Numbered from the stretch's first letter, positions 22,716 through 36,328 are shown. The stretch is DNA of 64,000 nucleotides from Chrysemys picta bellii (GCF_011386835.1 NC_088791.1:349804001-349868000), one strand, 5' to 3'. Notes: a model not told the origin generated them from the sequence alone. Made by a program: numbers and translations.

Positions 22716-24787
22716 ATGCTGTTCCCAGATGCTACGTATTTTATGAACGCAGGACATAGACAGTCAAAGAGCGAGAGACAGAGAGCAATAGACTACTTTC
22801 ATGAGGGAAATGAAGTTCCATTTCCATGAATACTCATGCATTTGACTTTGAAATCCACTTCCTGCAAACTCTCCTCGTGCTTGAATAACTGGTACTGGGG
22901 TTACTCTGTACTAGAGTGTGAGAGCTCAGGGAATGAATATTTTCCATACTGATCCCAATGCCTGTTACCACTCCAGATACAGGCCACAGACTGGGAGAAC
23001 AGAACCTGAGGAGAACCAGTCAGCTATTAACCCGGGAAAGAGGAGCTACTAGACTTCTGTTTATTGACAAGTGACTGAATGTGGGCTGAGACCCTGCGAT
23101 CTTTTCAGGTTCTGAAGAAATCCAGATGACAGACACTACATTTTAAGTCCCACTGTAACCTGAGAAATCATCTCTGAAAGTAGAGGAGAGGGGAAAGAAC
23201 GGGTTGACATGTTTGTGCTAAACTACAGATGTGTAAATGTTATGCCAAAACTTTTCATTGTAATAAAACATTGCAAACCAAACTTTCATGAGGAGCAGTG
23301 GAAACTTTACTGCTTAAAGGCTTTTACTTTAGAAAGTATTTCAGAAGTTCTCCACATACTTTTTGCAATGGTTTGTGCTAATAACTCTTTGTGCAGCAAA
23401 CAGCTGTATGATAGTATCCCCTGGTAACTGACCAGAAGCAGTTTCTGTTTCTAACACTTACATTCAGGGTCATGAACACAATTCCTCACAAATACCGCTG
23501 CAAGTCTGTCCAAAAACTTATGAGAGAACAGAACCGCTGGTCTTGGTTTCAGTATTGTTACAGAGCTGAGATGCAGGAAAGGGGAGTGCTATATTAGTTG
23601 TAAGTAATTTACGCCAATCACCTCTTACATGAGCATGGATGAAGTAATTTGCGCGCACAAGTGGATATTAGTGCAAATCTAGTTTTTGCATATTCACCCA
23701 TTTGTGACGCCAGTCCCTTTCCCGCTCAGCTGAAGTAACTGTCTGTGTTAGCTTGTAACTTGCCAAGTATCTATAGACCATTGCATGGGGAGAGGAGGCA
23801 GGTCCAGTGAGGTAGATCGAATGCTCAGGATTCAGTTAACATTGGCCAGGCAAAGCACTTCAGATTCCATTGGAGGGATTCTTTGTGGTCATAGTGTATC
23901 ATGAGGAGCATATGATAAGGGATAGTTATTAGAGCCCGGTTCTGACTGAATTTACACATGTAAATCTGGAGCAACCCCGCTGAAGTCACTATTATTGAAT
24001 TAAGAACCTGGCACTAAGAATTTATCCCATGTGCTGGAAAGAGACAGTGGAATAATTTGAAGTCTCAGGAGTGGAGAAAATAAAAAGTATATCTATGAGG
24101 CAATGAAACACGTTTATAAATACCTTCAATGCAGGTCAGATAAATACAATGACCGTCTTCACCATGCACTTGGCATGATTTATGGACATCATGATACAAT
24201 GGGCCAACGCAGAGGTAGACGTCGAGAAAGAGTGTTTGTATGAAGGTCAGAAATGTAAAATCACACAGTGCTCAAGTAGGCTGTGGAACTCCCAGCCACA
24301 AAATATCAATGGGGCCAACAGCTTCTCAGGATTCAGCAAGGGATTGGATGTTTAAATGGGTAATCAGGAAATCCAGTACAGTACTGAGAATTTTTTTAGA
24401 AAACATCTTGTAAGGGCTCTAAACCTTCCTAATTTACACAACAAAATATGTCTATCTAGTAGGTGTCAGGGGGAAACTTTCCTTAGGATAAGGGTATCTC
24501 TTAGTTCCCTATTGCAGGTCTTCTTCCTCCTTCCTTTGCAGCATCTCGTACTAGGCACTGGACACTGGGCTAGACAGACTACAGGTCTGATCTAGTCTGG
24601 CAGTGCCTATCTTCCTATTGGTGGTATAAATCCAAGACAATACATTTGCTGATTTTCCTTGAGGTCCTGGGAATCCCTAGATTTTCACTGAGAGAAGAAA
24701 GATGTCTCGCTCAATATCATCTAGTCTCCTGTTCTTTTTTCTTTCAGGAAGGAAAGTTCAAAAGTCCCTGGACCTGCCCAGTATATT

Positions 24788-25723
24788 ATGTCAGCTGTCA
24801 ATGACACCGACTTCAACTCTGCAGTGTTCCTTCTCACTGGGCTACCTGGGATGGAAGACGTCAATCTCTGGATCTCTATCACATTCTGCTTCATGTATCT
24901 CATTTCCATAGTAGGAAATTCAGTCATTCTGTTCATTATAAAAACAGATCCAAGCCTCCATGAGCCCATGTACATTTTCCTTTCCATGTTGGCCATCACA
25001 GACCTTGGCTTATCGATGTCTACCATGCCAACAATACTGGGCATATACTTGTTTAACTCTAGGGAAATCAGCCTCAATGCCTGTTTTGCCCAGACTTTTT
25101 TCATCCACTCGCTTTCCAAAATTGAATCCTCCGTCCTCTTGTTGATGGCCTTTGACCGCTTCATCGCAATCTGTAACCCACTGAGATATACCTCCATCTT
25201 AACTCCACAGAGGATAGCCAAGATGGGACTTGTGGCTGTGCTAAGACCAGTGGCCATGATACTCCCACTCCCCATACTCCTGAAACAGTTCAGATATTGT
25301 CGAGACAATATCCTCTCCCATTCCTACTGCATGGACCAGGACGTCATGAAGGCAGCTTGTTCAGATATCTCAGTGAACAACATCTATGGGTTGTTTCTTA
25401 CATTCTTCATGGTGGGGTTAGACTCACTGCTCGTATTTCTCTCTTATGTGATGATCGTCAAAACAGTGCTGAGCATTGCATCCCGCACAGAGTGCCTGAG
25501 GGCCCTGAACACCTGCGTCTCCCACCTCTGCGCTGTCGTGCTCTTCTACATATCAGACATTGGCCTGGCTTTGATACACAGATTCGGAAATAGCTCTACT
25601 CACTTGCTTCAGATTATCCTTGGCTACGTCTACCTGCTGGTCCCGCCCCTGATGAACCCAATCGTGTACAGTGTGAAAAGCAAACACCTTCGTGAGAGGA
25701 TAATCAGGGCTTTTGTCAAGTGA
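24788..25723 (+). CDS. OR3: class I olfactory receptor, family 51-like, intact 311 aa
   Basis: All OR motifs present. ECL2 reads SHSYCMDQD instead of SHSYCxHQD. Confidence 0.97.
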   Translation: MSAVNDTDFNSAVFLLTGLPGMEDVNLWISITFCFMYLISIVGNSVILFIIKTDPSLHEPMYIFLSMLAITDLGLSMSTMPTILGIYLFNSREISLNACFAQTFFIHSLSKIESSVLLLMAFDRFIAICNPLRYTSILTPQRIAKMGLVAVLRPVAMILPLPILLKQFRYCRDNILSHSYCMDQDVMKAACSDISVNNIYGLFLTFFMVGLDSLLVFLSYVMIVKTVLSIASRTECLRALNTCVSHLCAVVLFYISDIGLALIHRFGNSSTHLLQIILGYVYLLVPPLMNPIVYSVKSKHLRERIIRAFVK

Positions 25724-27286
25724 AGGGTCAGTTCATCACCTGGCTCTAGCACTGGTGACATGGGAAAGGAAAAACACGAGCAATGGCCATGACCACATAT
25801 TCCGTCCTGGAACCTCTTCCCTGGAGGCCCTTTCCTCTGCCCCACCTCTTCCCTGAAGACGACACCTCTACTATTCTCCTTTACCCAAGACTCTGCCCCC
25901 TTTCCAGGCTGGAAGCCAGAGCCAGGCCTTGGTAAGAGCTGCCCAGGGAATCAGAGCCACAGTGAGGTGCCCCACACCCTCCACATTTTATCCCCCTGGG
26001 TGTACAAGTCAGGGAATGTGGAGAGTCTGGGGCTCACCACAGCAACCTGTGCTCCCAAGGCAGCTCTTACCGTGGCCTGACTCTGGCCTGGCTGGGAGGA
26101 CGAGCCTCGGTGATCATGGAGGAGCAAGAGGTTGGGCTTAGTGAGAAGATATGGGGCAGGGGATAGAGCTCCAGGGGAAAAAAGGGAAGTAGGGTCTGAA
26201 CCAACGTGGACCACAGCAATCAGGACAGTGTGGGTGTTACTGAGTAAAGGACGTGTCTGGGGCTGGATGGTAGGAGACCTTGTGTTTTGGAGAAGATTGA
26301 AAAAATATGACCCCACAAAGGGGTTTCTTGTTTTAATTATCGGAGGCTGAGAGTAATTCATTGCAAGAACCTTAGAGGGAAAGACAGGGCCTCTGCAAGG
26401 CCACCTCAGACCCCAAGGGGGCACTCTGGCGTGGCCCCCATCCACAGGGATTTGGCTAGACTGTGCCATGCTTTTGGAACCCGTTATCAATGGGTGGATG
26501 TCAGCCCAGCCCCCAAGCTGCTCTAAACTCCGCTGAGGCAGGGGGAAAACAGGCCAGCGAATCAAACCCCTGTAACTGGCTCCATGCCATCCCTGCTCTC
26601 TGCAGCACAGCGAGGAGCTCTGCTGGCACAGCAGAGAATGCAAATGGGCTTGTCTCTGCTCAGATGTCTGGAGAGCTGGTCCTCTGGTCTGGGCACTGCT
26701 CGATAACTCCAGACAGCTTGGTTGGATTCCCAGACTGTGGGTGACTGTATACAAACCATTGGATGTCTCTGCACAGGTGGATAATAGCCTTGCTATGCCC
26801 CACAGCAGTGGCGAGAAGATAAATACATTCAGTGCGGTGAGAGACTCTGAGACCCAAAAATCATTGTGGTGTCAGGGTTCCCCATAGCAAAACCTCTGAC
26901 ATTTGTCTATAAAAGGCCTCTTACCACAGCCCCTGTGACATATGGCTTCTGGGAAGCCCTGAGACTCCAGTCCCTTGGTATTTGTGGCAGATGTGGGGGT
27001 GACAGTGAAGGTTAAGTAGTGGATTTCTTAGGGTAATCTTGGAGTGTCACAGAGACGCCCGGAGATTCAGCATAGTCACAGAACCAGTGATTGTAAGTCA
27101 ATGAGGCTAAATGGGTCTAATTGCCAAACTATGGATCAATGGCCATGGGCTCTCATCTTTGATGGTCTGGCTGGGAGAAAGCAGTCTGAGGGCAAAGGTC
27201 AGCTTCACATCTAGGCCCTGTAACACAGACACGGCTGAGCACTATGGTGTCTGCACCGATGCTCACACAAGTTTCAGCAAAGGCTG

Positions 27287-27379
27287 TGTCATAACTATAA
27301 AGGGAAGGGTAATAGCTGTCCTGTGTACAGTACTATAAAATCCCTCCTGGCCAGAGACTCCAAAATCCTTTTCCCTGTA
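27287..27379. mobile_element. LTR 5' stub fused to Penelope RT by a deletion
   Basis: Starts TGTCATAACTATAAAGGGAAGGGTAA where homology to paralogs (35410, 48590) stops. Joined directly to the MDVEALYTNI-like RT motif. Confidence 0.55.
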
Positions 27380-28990
27380 TGATTGTAGAAACTCTTTACA
27401 CCAATATTTCACACTTGGATGGACAACAAGCTGTCAGGAACAGTATTCCTGATGAGCCCACAGCACATCTGGTGGCTGAGCTTTGTGACTTTGTCTTCAT
27501 CCACAACCATTTCAGATTTGGGGACAACTTATACCTTCAAGTCAGTGGCACTGCTATGGGTACCCTCATGGCCACACTATATGGCAACTTGCTAACTTTT
27601 TTATGGCTGACTTAGAACAACGCTTCCTCAGCCCTTGTCCCCTAGTGCCCCTCCTCTACTTGCACTACATTGATGACATCTTCGTCATCTGGACCCTCGG
27701 GAAGGAGGCCCTTGAATAATCTACCTGGATTTCAGCAATTTCCACCCTAACGTCAACCTCAGCCTGGATCAGTCCACATAAGAGATCCACTTCCTGGACA
27801 CTACAGTGCAAATAAGTGATGGTCACATAAACACCACCCTATACCAGAAACCTACTGACCGCTATACGTACCTACATGCCTCCAGCTTCCATCCAGGACA
27901 CATCACACGATCCATTGTCTGCAGACAAGCCCTAAGATACAACCGCATTTGCTCTGATCCCTTAGACAGAGACAAACACCTTCAAGTTCTTTATCAAGCA
28001 TTTTTAAAACTACAATACCCATCTGGGAAGTGATGAAACAGATTGACAGAGGGAGACAGGTACCCAGAAGTCACCTACTACAGGACAGACCCTACAAGGA
28101 AAATAGCAGAACACCACTGGCTATCATATACGCCCCCCAGCTAAAACCTCTCCAGCACATCACCAGCGATCTACAACCTATCCTGGAAAACGATCCCTCA
28201 CTCTCACAGAGCTTGGGAGACAGGCCAGTCCTCACTTACAGACAGCCCCCCAACCTGAAGCAAATACTCACCAGCAATTACACACCACACAACAAAAATA
28301 CTAACCCAGGAACCAATCCCTGTAACAAACCCCGTTGCCTACTCTGTCCCCATATCAACTCTAGCAACACCATCAGAGGACTCAATCACATCAGCCACAC
28401 CATCAGGGGCTCATTCACCTGCATATCTACTAATGTGATATATGCCATCATGTGCCAGCAGTGCCCCTCTGCCATGTACATTGGCCAAACCGGACACACT
28501 CTATGTAAAAGAATAAATGGACACAAATCAGACATCAGGAATGGTAACATACAAAAGCCGGTAGGAGAACACTTCAATCTTCCTGGACATTCTATAACAG
28601 ATTTAAAAGTAGCCATTCTTCAACAAAAAAACTTCAAAAATGGACTTCAAAGAGAAACTGCAGAACTAAAATTCATTTGCAAATTTAACACCATTCAATT
28701 GGACTTGAATGGGGACTGGGAGTGGCTGGCTCACTACAAAAGCTACTTTCCCCTATTGGTATTGACACATTCTCATCAATTACTGGGAGTGGACTACATG
28801 GAACCTGATTGAATTGGCCCCGTCAACACTGATTCTCCACTTGTAAGGTAACTCCCTTCTCTTCATGTACAATATTGCCTGCATCTGTAATTTTCACTCC
28901 ATGCATCTTAATAACTTGGTTTTTTACCCAGCAAAGCTTATGCCCAAATAAATCTGGTAGTTTTAAGGTGCCACTGGACTTCTTGTTTTT
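27380..28990 (+). mobile_element. Penelope-like retroelement (RT then C-terminal GIY-YIG; Penelope/Poseidon type), 5'-deleted and frameshifted
   Basis: RT motifs LYTNI, GTAMGT, YIDDI. GIY-YIG region NVIYAIMCQQCPSAMYIGQT...RINGHKSDI...QRETAELKFI in ORF 28030-28812. Terminal repeat at the 3' end. Confidence 0.93.
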
Positions 28991-31900
28991 ATAACAGACA
29001 CTGGTCAGACTTCCTCTGGCAAACTATGTAAAATTCTGGTCACGCGTATTCCAGAAAGAAGTGTCTTTTGCCTCTAGGTTAGTATATCAATGATCTCAAC
29101 TTATTATTATATACGTCAATTTGTTATCCCCGGCCCTTTTGTGCTTAGGTATCACATTTGTTATTTCTGTCCTAACTAGTTATTTTGGGTTTTTCCAAGT
29201 TGTGGTGTACCTGTTAAGTTTAAAAGGGTATGAGCTTAGGAAACCTGCTTTAACACATCATATGTGGACCTTATGCTTTAGCTCATCGCCATCTATCTAG
29301 GTGAAAGGTCCCGAACATATGTGAGCCAACTTTGCTATCAGGGTGAAAGGTCCCAGACATTTGCCTTAGCTCAACAGACAGGACGTGGCCCGTAAGTCTC
29401 TTGTGTTACAGCCAAACTACTTTAATATAAACTTATTATAACCTATTATAATAAAATAAATAACCAAACCATAAGGCAATAAAAAATCCACAAGAAAAGA
29501 TGTATAGGCAAGCAAGCAGTTTAGCCCTATAGGCCACACTTGTGAAGGCCAAAAGAGAAACTGGTCCAAAAGAGAATCGGATAAGTTCACGGAGAATAGG
29601 TCCATCAATAGCTATTAGCCAAGACGGTGAGTGACGCAGCCCATGCTCTGGGTCTCTAAACCTCGGACTGCCATAAGCTAGGAGCAGACACAGGGGATGG
29701 ATCATTCAATAATTCCACTCTTCTGTTTGTTCCCTCTGAAGTATCTTCACAGGCCACTCTCAGAAGAAAGGACACTGGGTTAGATGGACCATTGGTCTGA
29801 CCTCATAAGGCCGTTCTTACGTTCTTAACTTCTTCCACTGATCAATGTGCTGCTGCATCACAGAGCTGGCGTAGCCGCCCTAGCAGATGTCCAGGGGATG
29901 CTCAGTGTGGGAAGCTGATGCAGGGCGAGTGCTGCCACTTAGGGGTGCGGGCCTCTAGCACGAGGGACAGAGGCTCATGGTTTCTGCTAGAGCTGGGCAG
30001 GAAAACAGAAGTTTTTTTCCCCCATGAAAAATTTTGACCCAGCCCCAAATGTTTCCTTTTTATCCAATTTTTGGGTAGCATTTTCATAGAAAATGGATCA
30101 TTTTTGTCTGAAAGTCCAGCTGCCATGATACTGCCCAGCTGCAGCTGCCTGGATCCCCAAGAGAATTTGGAGGCTTTTCGTCTGCCTCATCCTTGTAACA
30201 TAAATGAAGGTTCAAGTGACCGAGTCTGTGGCTGCACTCTGGGTGTGGAAAGGTTGAAACCTCCGGATAAGTCTATGGCTGGGGTATTGTGCCCATCAGC
30301 TACTCTAACCAGCCTTCCCATCTCTGTGCAGCCCCCTCCACCCTGTACAACGCCCCTTCGTCAGATCCTACGGGCAGTGGCTGCTCTGACAGGCCCTGGT
30401 AACACATCTCTGATGAACCTGTGCTAGCAGGGAGCTGGAGAGGGCCCTAGAGCAGTTGTGGAGGCACAGAGATGGTGGGTGGGCCTAGCTACGAATGGAT
30501 CACTGAGATCTGTGCCTAACTTGGAGGATCCCTGAATCCTAGGTCCCATTTTCATTTCTCATGGAGAAGAGAAGGGACCCCCCCACGTAACGATCCCAGG
30601 AAATTGTTTGGAATCCCCCTTCCCTGATCAGCATCCTGGGTTTGTAATGCAGGAAAGGGGGCTGCTGGGGAGAAATCTGCTCCTACATTATATTCTTATT
30701 ATTCTATTTTATTTTATTTCATCAAGATCCCAGCTGTGACGGCATCACCATTACCTCTCAGCTGCCCTTGAGGTAGCCATGTGACTAATCAGAACCATAT
30801 GGACAGTGATGACAAGCCCAGATTCCAAGAATAGAACCTGCAGCAGTCCATCGCGCATCCCCTGTGATTTGGCCTCCTGCAGTTTGCCATTGGCCGTGAC
30901 AGGGTTAAAGATGGTGCACGCGAAAGCAAGCAACTGAGGTTCCCTGATGGCCAAGTGGCCCCCAAGGGAATGTGCAGACATGCTTCATAAAGGCAGTTGC
31001 CTCCCTATCTGAACAGATACTGCCTTCTGCCTGTGCTACCTTTCCGATGACTCCATGCCCTTCTGGCTGAAGACCTCTGCTTTTAGCAGGTTCCCGTCTA
31101 GCAGGAATTGGGTACGTTGGCAGGTTTCACTATCTTTAAAATGTGAAGTGAAGGGGAAAGGCTGCGAGCTGTTTCCATTTGCAGATGTTCTGTGCAGCGG
31201 CAGAGGACTCAGCTGGGCTGTCGGGGTGACTCAGTGACAGGGCTGGAGGGCAGGCAGCGCTAGGTAGCTTGGGAACCTCTCCCCTACATCTGCCCATGCT
31301 GCTCCGTGAGTTATTCAAGTTGCACAAAAATCTGATATTTAAAGCGAGCTCAGACTATTAAAACCCTGATGCCCCAAGTCAGGATTTCTCAAGGGCTGGG
31401 ACACTGAGATCTTTTCAGGTTCTGAAGAAATCCAGATGACAGATGCTACATTTTAAGCCCCACTCTAAGCTGAGAAATCATCTCTGAAAGAAGAGGAGAG
31501 GGGAAAGAATGGGTTGACATGTGTGTGCTAAACTACAGATGTGTAAATGTTATTCCAAAACGTTTCATTGTAATAAAACATTGCAAACCAAACTTTCATG
31601 AGGAGCAGTGAAAACTTTACTGCTTAATGGCTTTTACTTTAGAAAGTATTTCAGAAGTTCTCCACATACTTTGCAATGGTTCGTGCTAATAACTCTTTGT
31701 GCAGCAAACAGCTGTCTGATAGTATCCCCTGGTAACTGACCAGAAGCTGTTTCTAACACTTACATTCAGGGTCATGCACACAATTCCTCACAAATACCAC
31801 TGCCAGTCTTTCCAAAAAGTTATGAGAGAAGAGAACCGCTGGTCTTTGTTTTAGTATTGTTACAGAGCTGAGATGTAGGAATGGGGAGTGTTATACTAGT

Positions 31901-32986
31901 TGTAAGTAATTTACGCCCATCACCTCTTACATGAGCATGGCTGAAGTAATTTGCGCACACAAGGGGATATTAGTATAAACGTAGTGTTTGCATATTCACC
32001 CATTTGTGACACCAATCCCTCCCCCACCCAGCTGAAGTAACTGTCTGTGTTAGCTTGTAACTTGCCAAGTATCTATAGTTCCCTGCATGGGCAGAGGAGG
32101 CAGGTCCTGTGAGGTAGATCGAATGCTCAGGATTCAGTTAACATTGGCCAGGCAAAGCACTTCAGCTTCCATTGGAGGGATTCTTGGTGGTCAGAGTGTA
32201 TCACTGGGAGCATATGGTACGGGAAAGTTAATAGAACCCAGTTCTGACTAAATTTACACATGTAAATCTCGAGCAACCCAACTGAAGTCACTGTTATTTA
32301 ATTAAGAACCTGGCACTAAGAATTTTTCCCACGTGCTGGAAAGAGACAGTGGAATAATTTGAAGTCTCAGGAGTGGAGAAAATAAAAAGTATATCTATGA
32401 GGCAAAGAAACATGTTTATACATAACTTCAGTGAAGGGCAGATAAATACATGACCGTCTTCACCATGCACTTGCCATGTGTTTATTGACATCATGATACA
32501 ATGGGCAACAGGTCCAAGAGCTTCTCAGGATTCAAAGAGGGATGGAATGTTTAAATGGGTAATCAGGAAATCCAATTACAGTACTGACAATTTTTTTAAA
32601 AAAGTCTTGTAAGGGCTCTAAATCTTCCTGATTTACACGACAAAATATGTCTAATTAGTGGGTGTCAAGAGGAAACTTTCCCTGGGATCAGGGTATCTCT
32701 TAGTTCCCTATTTAAGGGCTTCCTCCACCTTCCTTTGCAGCATCTCGAACTGGCCACTGGATACTGGGCTAGACAGAATGTAGGTCTGATCCAGTCTGGT
32801 AATGCCTATCTTCCTATTTGTGGTATAAATCCAAGACAATGTTTTTGCTGATTTTCCTTGAGGTCCTGGGAATCTCTAGATTTGTACCCTCTGCAGAAAG
32901 ATGTCAACCTAAATATCATCTAGTCTTCTGTTCTTTTTACTTTCAGGAAGGAAAGTTCAAAAGTTCCTGGACCTGCCCAGTATATT

Positions 32987-33922
32987 ATGTCAGCTGTCAA
33001 TGAGACCAAATTCAACTCTGCAGTGTTCCTTCTCACTGGGATACCTGGGCTGGAAGACGTTCATATCTGGATCTCTATCCCCTTCTGCTTCATGTATGTT
33101 ATTTCAATATTAGGAAATTCAGTTATTCTGTTCATTATAAAAACAGATCCAAGCCTCCATGAGCCCATGTACATTTTCCTTTCAATGTTGGCGGTGACAG
33201 ACCTTGGCTTATCGATAGCTACCATGCCAACAATACTGGGCATATACTTGTTTAACTCTAGGGGAATCAGCCTCGATGCCTGTTTTGCCCAGATATTCTT
33301 CATCCATGCGCTTTCAAAAACTGAATCCTCCGTCCTCTTGTTGATGGCCTTTGACCGCTTCATCGCGATCTGTAACCCACTGAGATATGCCTCCATCTTA
33401 ACTCCACCGAGAATAGCCCAGATGGGACTGGTGGCTGTGCTAAGACCAGTGGCTATAATACTCCCACTCCCCATTCTCCTGAAACGGTTCCGATACTGTC
33501 GAGCCAATGTCCTCTCCCATTCCTACTGTCTGCACCAGGATGTCATGAAGGCGGCTTGTTCAGACATCTCAGTGAACAGCATCTATGGCTTGTTTCTTAC
33601 ATTCTTCACTGTAGGGTTGGACTCGCTGCTCATATTTCTCTCTTATGTGATGATCCTCAAAACAGTGCTGAGCGTTGCATCCCACGAGGAGTGCCTGAGG
33701 GCCCTGAACACCTGCGTCTCCCACCTCTGCGCTGTCGTGCTCTTCTACATATCAGACATCGGCCTGGCTTTCATACACAGATTCGGAAATAGCTCTACTC
33801 ACTTGCTTCAGATTATCCTGGGCTACGTCTACCTGCTGGTTCCGCCCCTGATGAACCCAATCGTGTACAGCGTGAAAAGCAAACACCTTCGTGAGAGGAT
33901 AATCAGGGCATTTGTCAAGTGA
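32987..33922 (+). CDS. OR4: class I olfactory receptor, family 51-like, intact 311 aa
   Basis: All OR motifs present. N-terminal NET sequon. Confidence 0.97.
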   Translation: MSAVNETKFNSAVFLLTGIPGLEDVHIWISIPFCFMYVISILGNSVILFIIKTDPSLHEPMYIFLSMLAVTDLGLSIATMPTILGIYLFNSRGISLDACFAQIFFIHALSKTESSVLLLMAFDRFIAICNPLRYASILTPPRIAQMGLVAVLRPVAIILPLPILLKRFRYCRANVLSHSYCLHQDVMKAACSDISVNSIYGLFLTFFTVGLDSLLIFLSYVMILKTVLSVASHEECLRALNTCVSHLCAVVLFYISDIGLAFIHRFGNSSTHLLQIILGYVYLLVPPLMNPIVYSVKSKHLRERIIRAFVK

Positions 33923-35684
33923 AGGATCAGTTCATCACCTGGCTCTAGCACTGGTGACATGGGAGAGGAAAAACACGAGCGTTGGACATGGCCACATATT
34001 CCATCCTGGAACTTCTTCCCCTGAGGCCCTTTCCTTTGACCCATCTCTTCCCTGAAGACCACACTTCTACTATTCCCCTTTACCCGAGACTCTGCCCCCT
34101 TTCCAGGCTGAAAGCCGGAGCCAGGCATTGGTAAGAGCTGCCCAGGAACCAGAGCCACAGTGAGGTGTCCCGCACGCTCCTCATTTTATCCCCCTGGATG
34201 TACAAGTCAGGGAATGTGGAGAGTCTGTGGCTGGGAGGAGGAGCCTCGGGGAAAGTGGAAAAGTGAGAGGCTGGGCTTAGTGAGAAGATATGGGGCAGGG
34301 TACAGGGCTTCAGGGGATAAGGAGGAATAGGGTCTGAACCAATGCTGACCACAGCAATCAGGACAGTGGGTCTGATCCTGTGTAAAGGAGGAGGCTGGGG
34401 CTGGAGGGTCGGAGACCTTGTGTTTTGGAAAAGACTGAATAAATGTGACCTCACAAAGTGGTTTCTTGTTTCAAGTATCCGAGGCTGAGTGTAAGTCATT
34501 GCAAGAACCTTAGAGGGAAGGGCAGGCTTTCTGTAGGGCCACCTCAGACCACAAGGGGGCACTCTGGGGTAGCCCCCATCTGCAGGGATTTGGCCAGAGT
34601 GGGCTGTGCTCTTGGAAGCCGTTACGAATGGGTGGATGTCAGCCCAGCCCCGAGGCTGCTCTAAACTCCGCTGAGGCAGGGGGAGAACAGGCCAGCGAAT
34701 TAAACCCCTGTAACTGGCTCTTTGCCATCCCTGCTCTCTGCAGCACAGGGGGGAGCTCTGCTGGCACAGCAGAGAATGCAACTGGGTCTGTCACTGCTCA
34801 GGTGTCTGGAAAGCTGGTCCTGTGGTCTGGGCACTGCTCGATAACTCCAGACAGCTTGGTTGGATTCCCAGACTGTGTGTGACTGTGTACAAGCCATTGG
34901 ATGTCTCTGCACAGGTGGATAATAGCCTTGCTCTGCCCCACAGCGGTGGCGAGAAGATAAATACATTCAATGCGGTGAGAGACTCTGAGACCCAAAGATC
35001 ATTGTGGTGTCAGGGTTCCACAGAGCAACACCTCTGACATTGGTCTATAAAAAGCCTCTTACCACAGGCTCCTGTGACAGCTGGCTTCTGGGAAGTCCTG
35101 AGATTCCAGTCCTTTGGTATTTGTGGCAGATGTTGGGGTGACAGTGAGGATTTCTGAGTGTAATGTTGGAGTGTCACAGAGATGCCAGGAGTTTCAGCAC
35201 AGTCACAGAACCAGTGATTGTAAGTCAATGAGGCTAAATGGGTCTAACTGCCAAACTATGGATCAATGGCCATGGGGACCTCATCTTTGACGGTCTGGCT
35301 GGGAGAAAGCAGTCTGAGGGCAAAGGTCAGCATCACACCTAGGCCCTGTAACACATACATGGCTGAGCACTATGGTGTCTGCGCCGATGCTCACACAAGT
35401 TTCAGCAAAGGGTGCTTCCACAAGAAAGGGACAAATATATGGGAAGATGCTCTCAGAGACACAAGGAAACTAGGCTGGGTACCGAGAGCTCCTTGTTTTC
35501 CCAAAAGAATTTAAGTTGGGCCAGTTCTGTTTGCTAATAAACCTACTCATTTTAAGGAGGCCGGGGTTGACTGTATAGCTCTGGTCACAAGTAAGAGTCT
35601 CAAGTGTCCAATCAGTGCTGCTTGGTGATAAGCTTTTATCATAGATGGGATGTCATTCCCAGCTCGAAGAGCGGGATAATATAA

Positions 35685-36135
35685 AACATCAGAATATAAG
35701 AACAGCCGTATGGGGTCAGACAAATGTTCCATCTAGCCCAGTATCCTGTCTTCCAATAGTGGCTAATGCCATGTGCCCCAGAGGGAATGAACAGAGCAGG
35801 CAATCATCAAGTGATCCATCCCTTATCGCCCATTCCCAACTACTGGGAAATGAAAGCCAGAGATACCATTCCTGCCCATCCTGGCTAACAGGTATCGAAG
35901 GACCACTCATGCACTAATTTATCTAGTTCTTTTTTGATCCCTGTTATAATCTTGGCCTTCACTAAATCCTCTGTCAAAGAGTTTCACAGGGTGGCTGTGC
36001 GTTGTGTGAAGAGATACTTCCTTTTGTTGTTTTAAACCTGCTGCCTATTAGTTTCATTTGGTGACCCCTAGTTCTTGTGTTATGAGAAGGAGTAAATAAC
36101 ACTTCCCTATGTACTTTCTCCACACCTGTCATGAT
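35685..36135 (-). mobile_element. Old CR1 3' end (copy ~48863-49312)
   Basis: ATAAGAACAGCC..GGGTCAGAC..GTTCCATCTAGCCCAGTATCCTGTC, the reverse complement of a CR1 3' UTR. Confidence 0.85.
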
Positions 36136-36328
36136 TAAATTGTGAGATTCCTCTCATGATGGGAAAGGATCTGGTTTACAGGGTAAAGAGACCATATATC
36201 CTGGTTTCACTGTGACCATCTTGAGTCTTCTAGGCCAGCATATATTCTTGTTGAGTGATTATAAGCATTCAGAGTAGCAACTTTTTCCAGTTGCATACAA
36301 AATAGAAATTCACTCAAGACAATAAATT

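Noticed and set aside
28030-28812. 260-aa open GIY-YIG ORF as a domesticated nuclease gene
   Set aside because: It is the C-terminal part of a frameshifted Penelope ORF, and the sister copy has a different open segment. No sign of selection.
32648-32690. TAATTA plus TCCCTGGGA pair resembling an OR homeodomain + O/E promoter module (also 60591-60632)
   Set aside because: It lies inside an ancient CR1 3' remnant and in the presumed intron, is degraded in units 2, 3 and 5, and such short motifs arise by chance.
32818-33003. Apparent uORFs overlapping the OR start (also 24702, 45907, 60951)
   Set aside because: Their start codons lie upstream of the putative splice acceptor, so they are probably intronic. 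The 40-nt exonic leader has no ATG.
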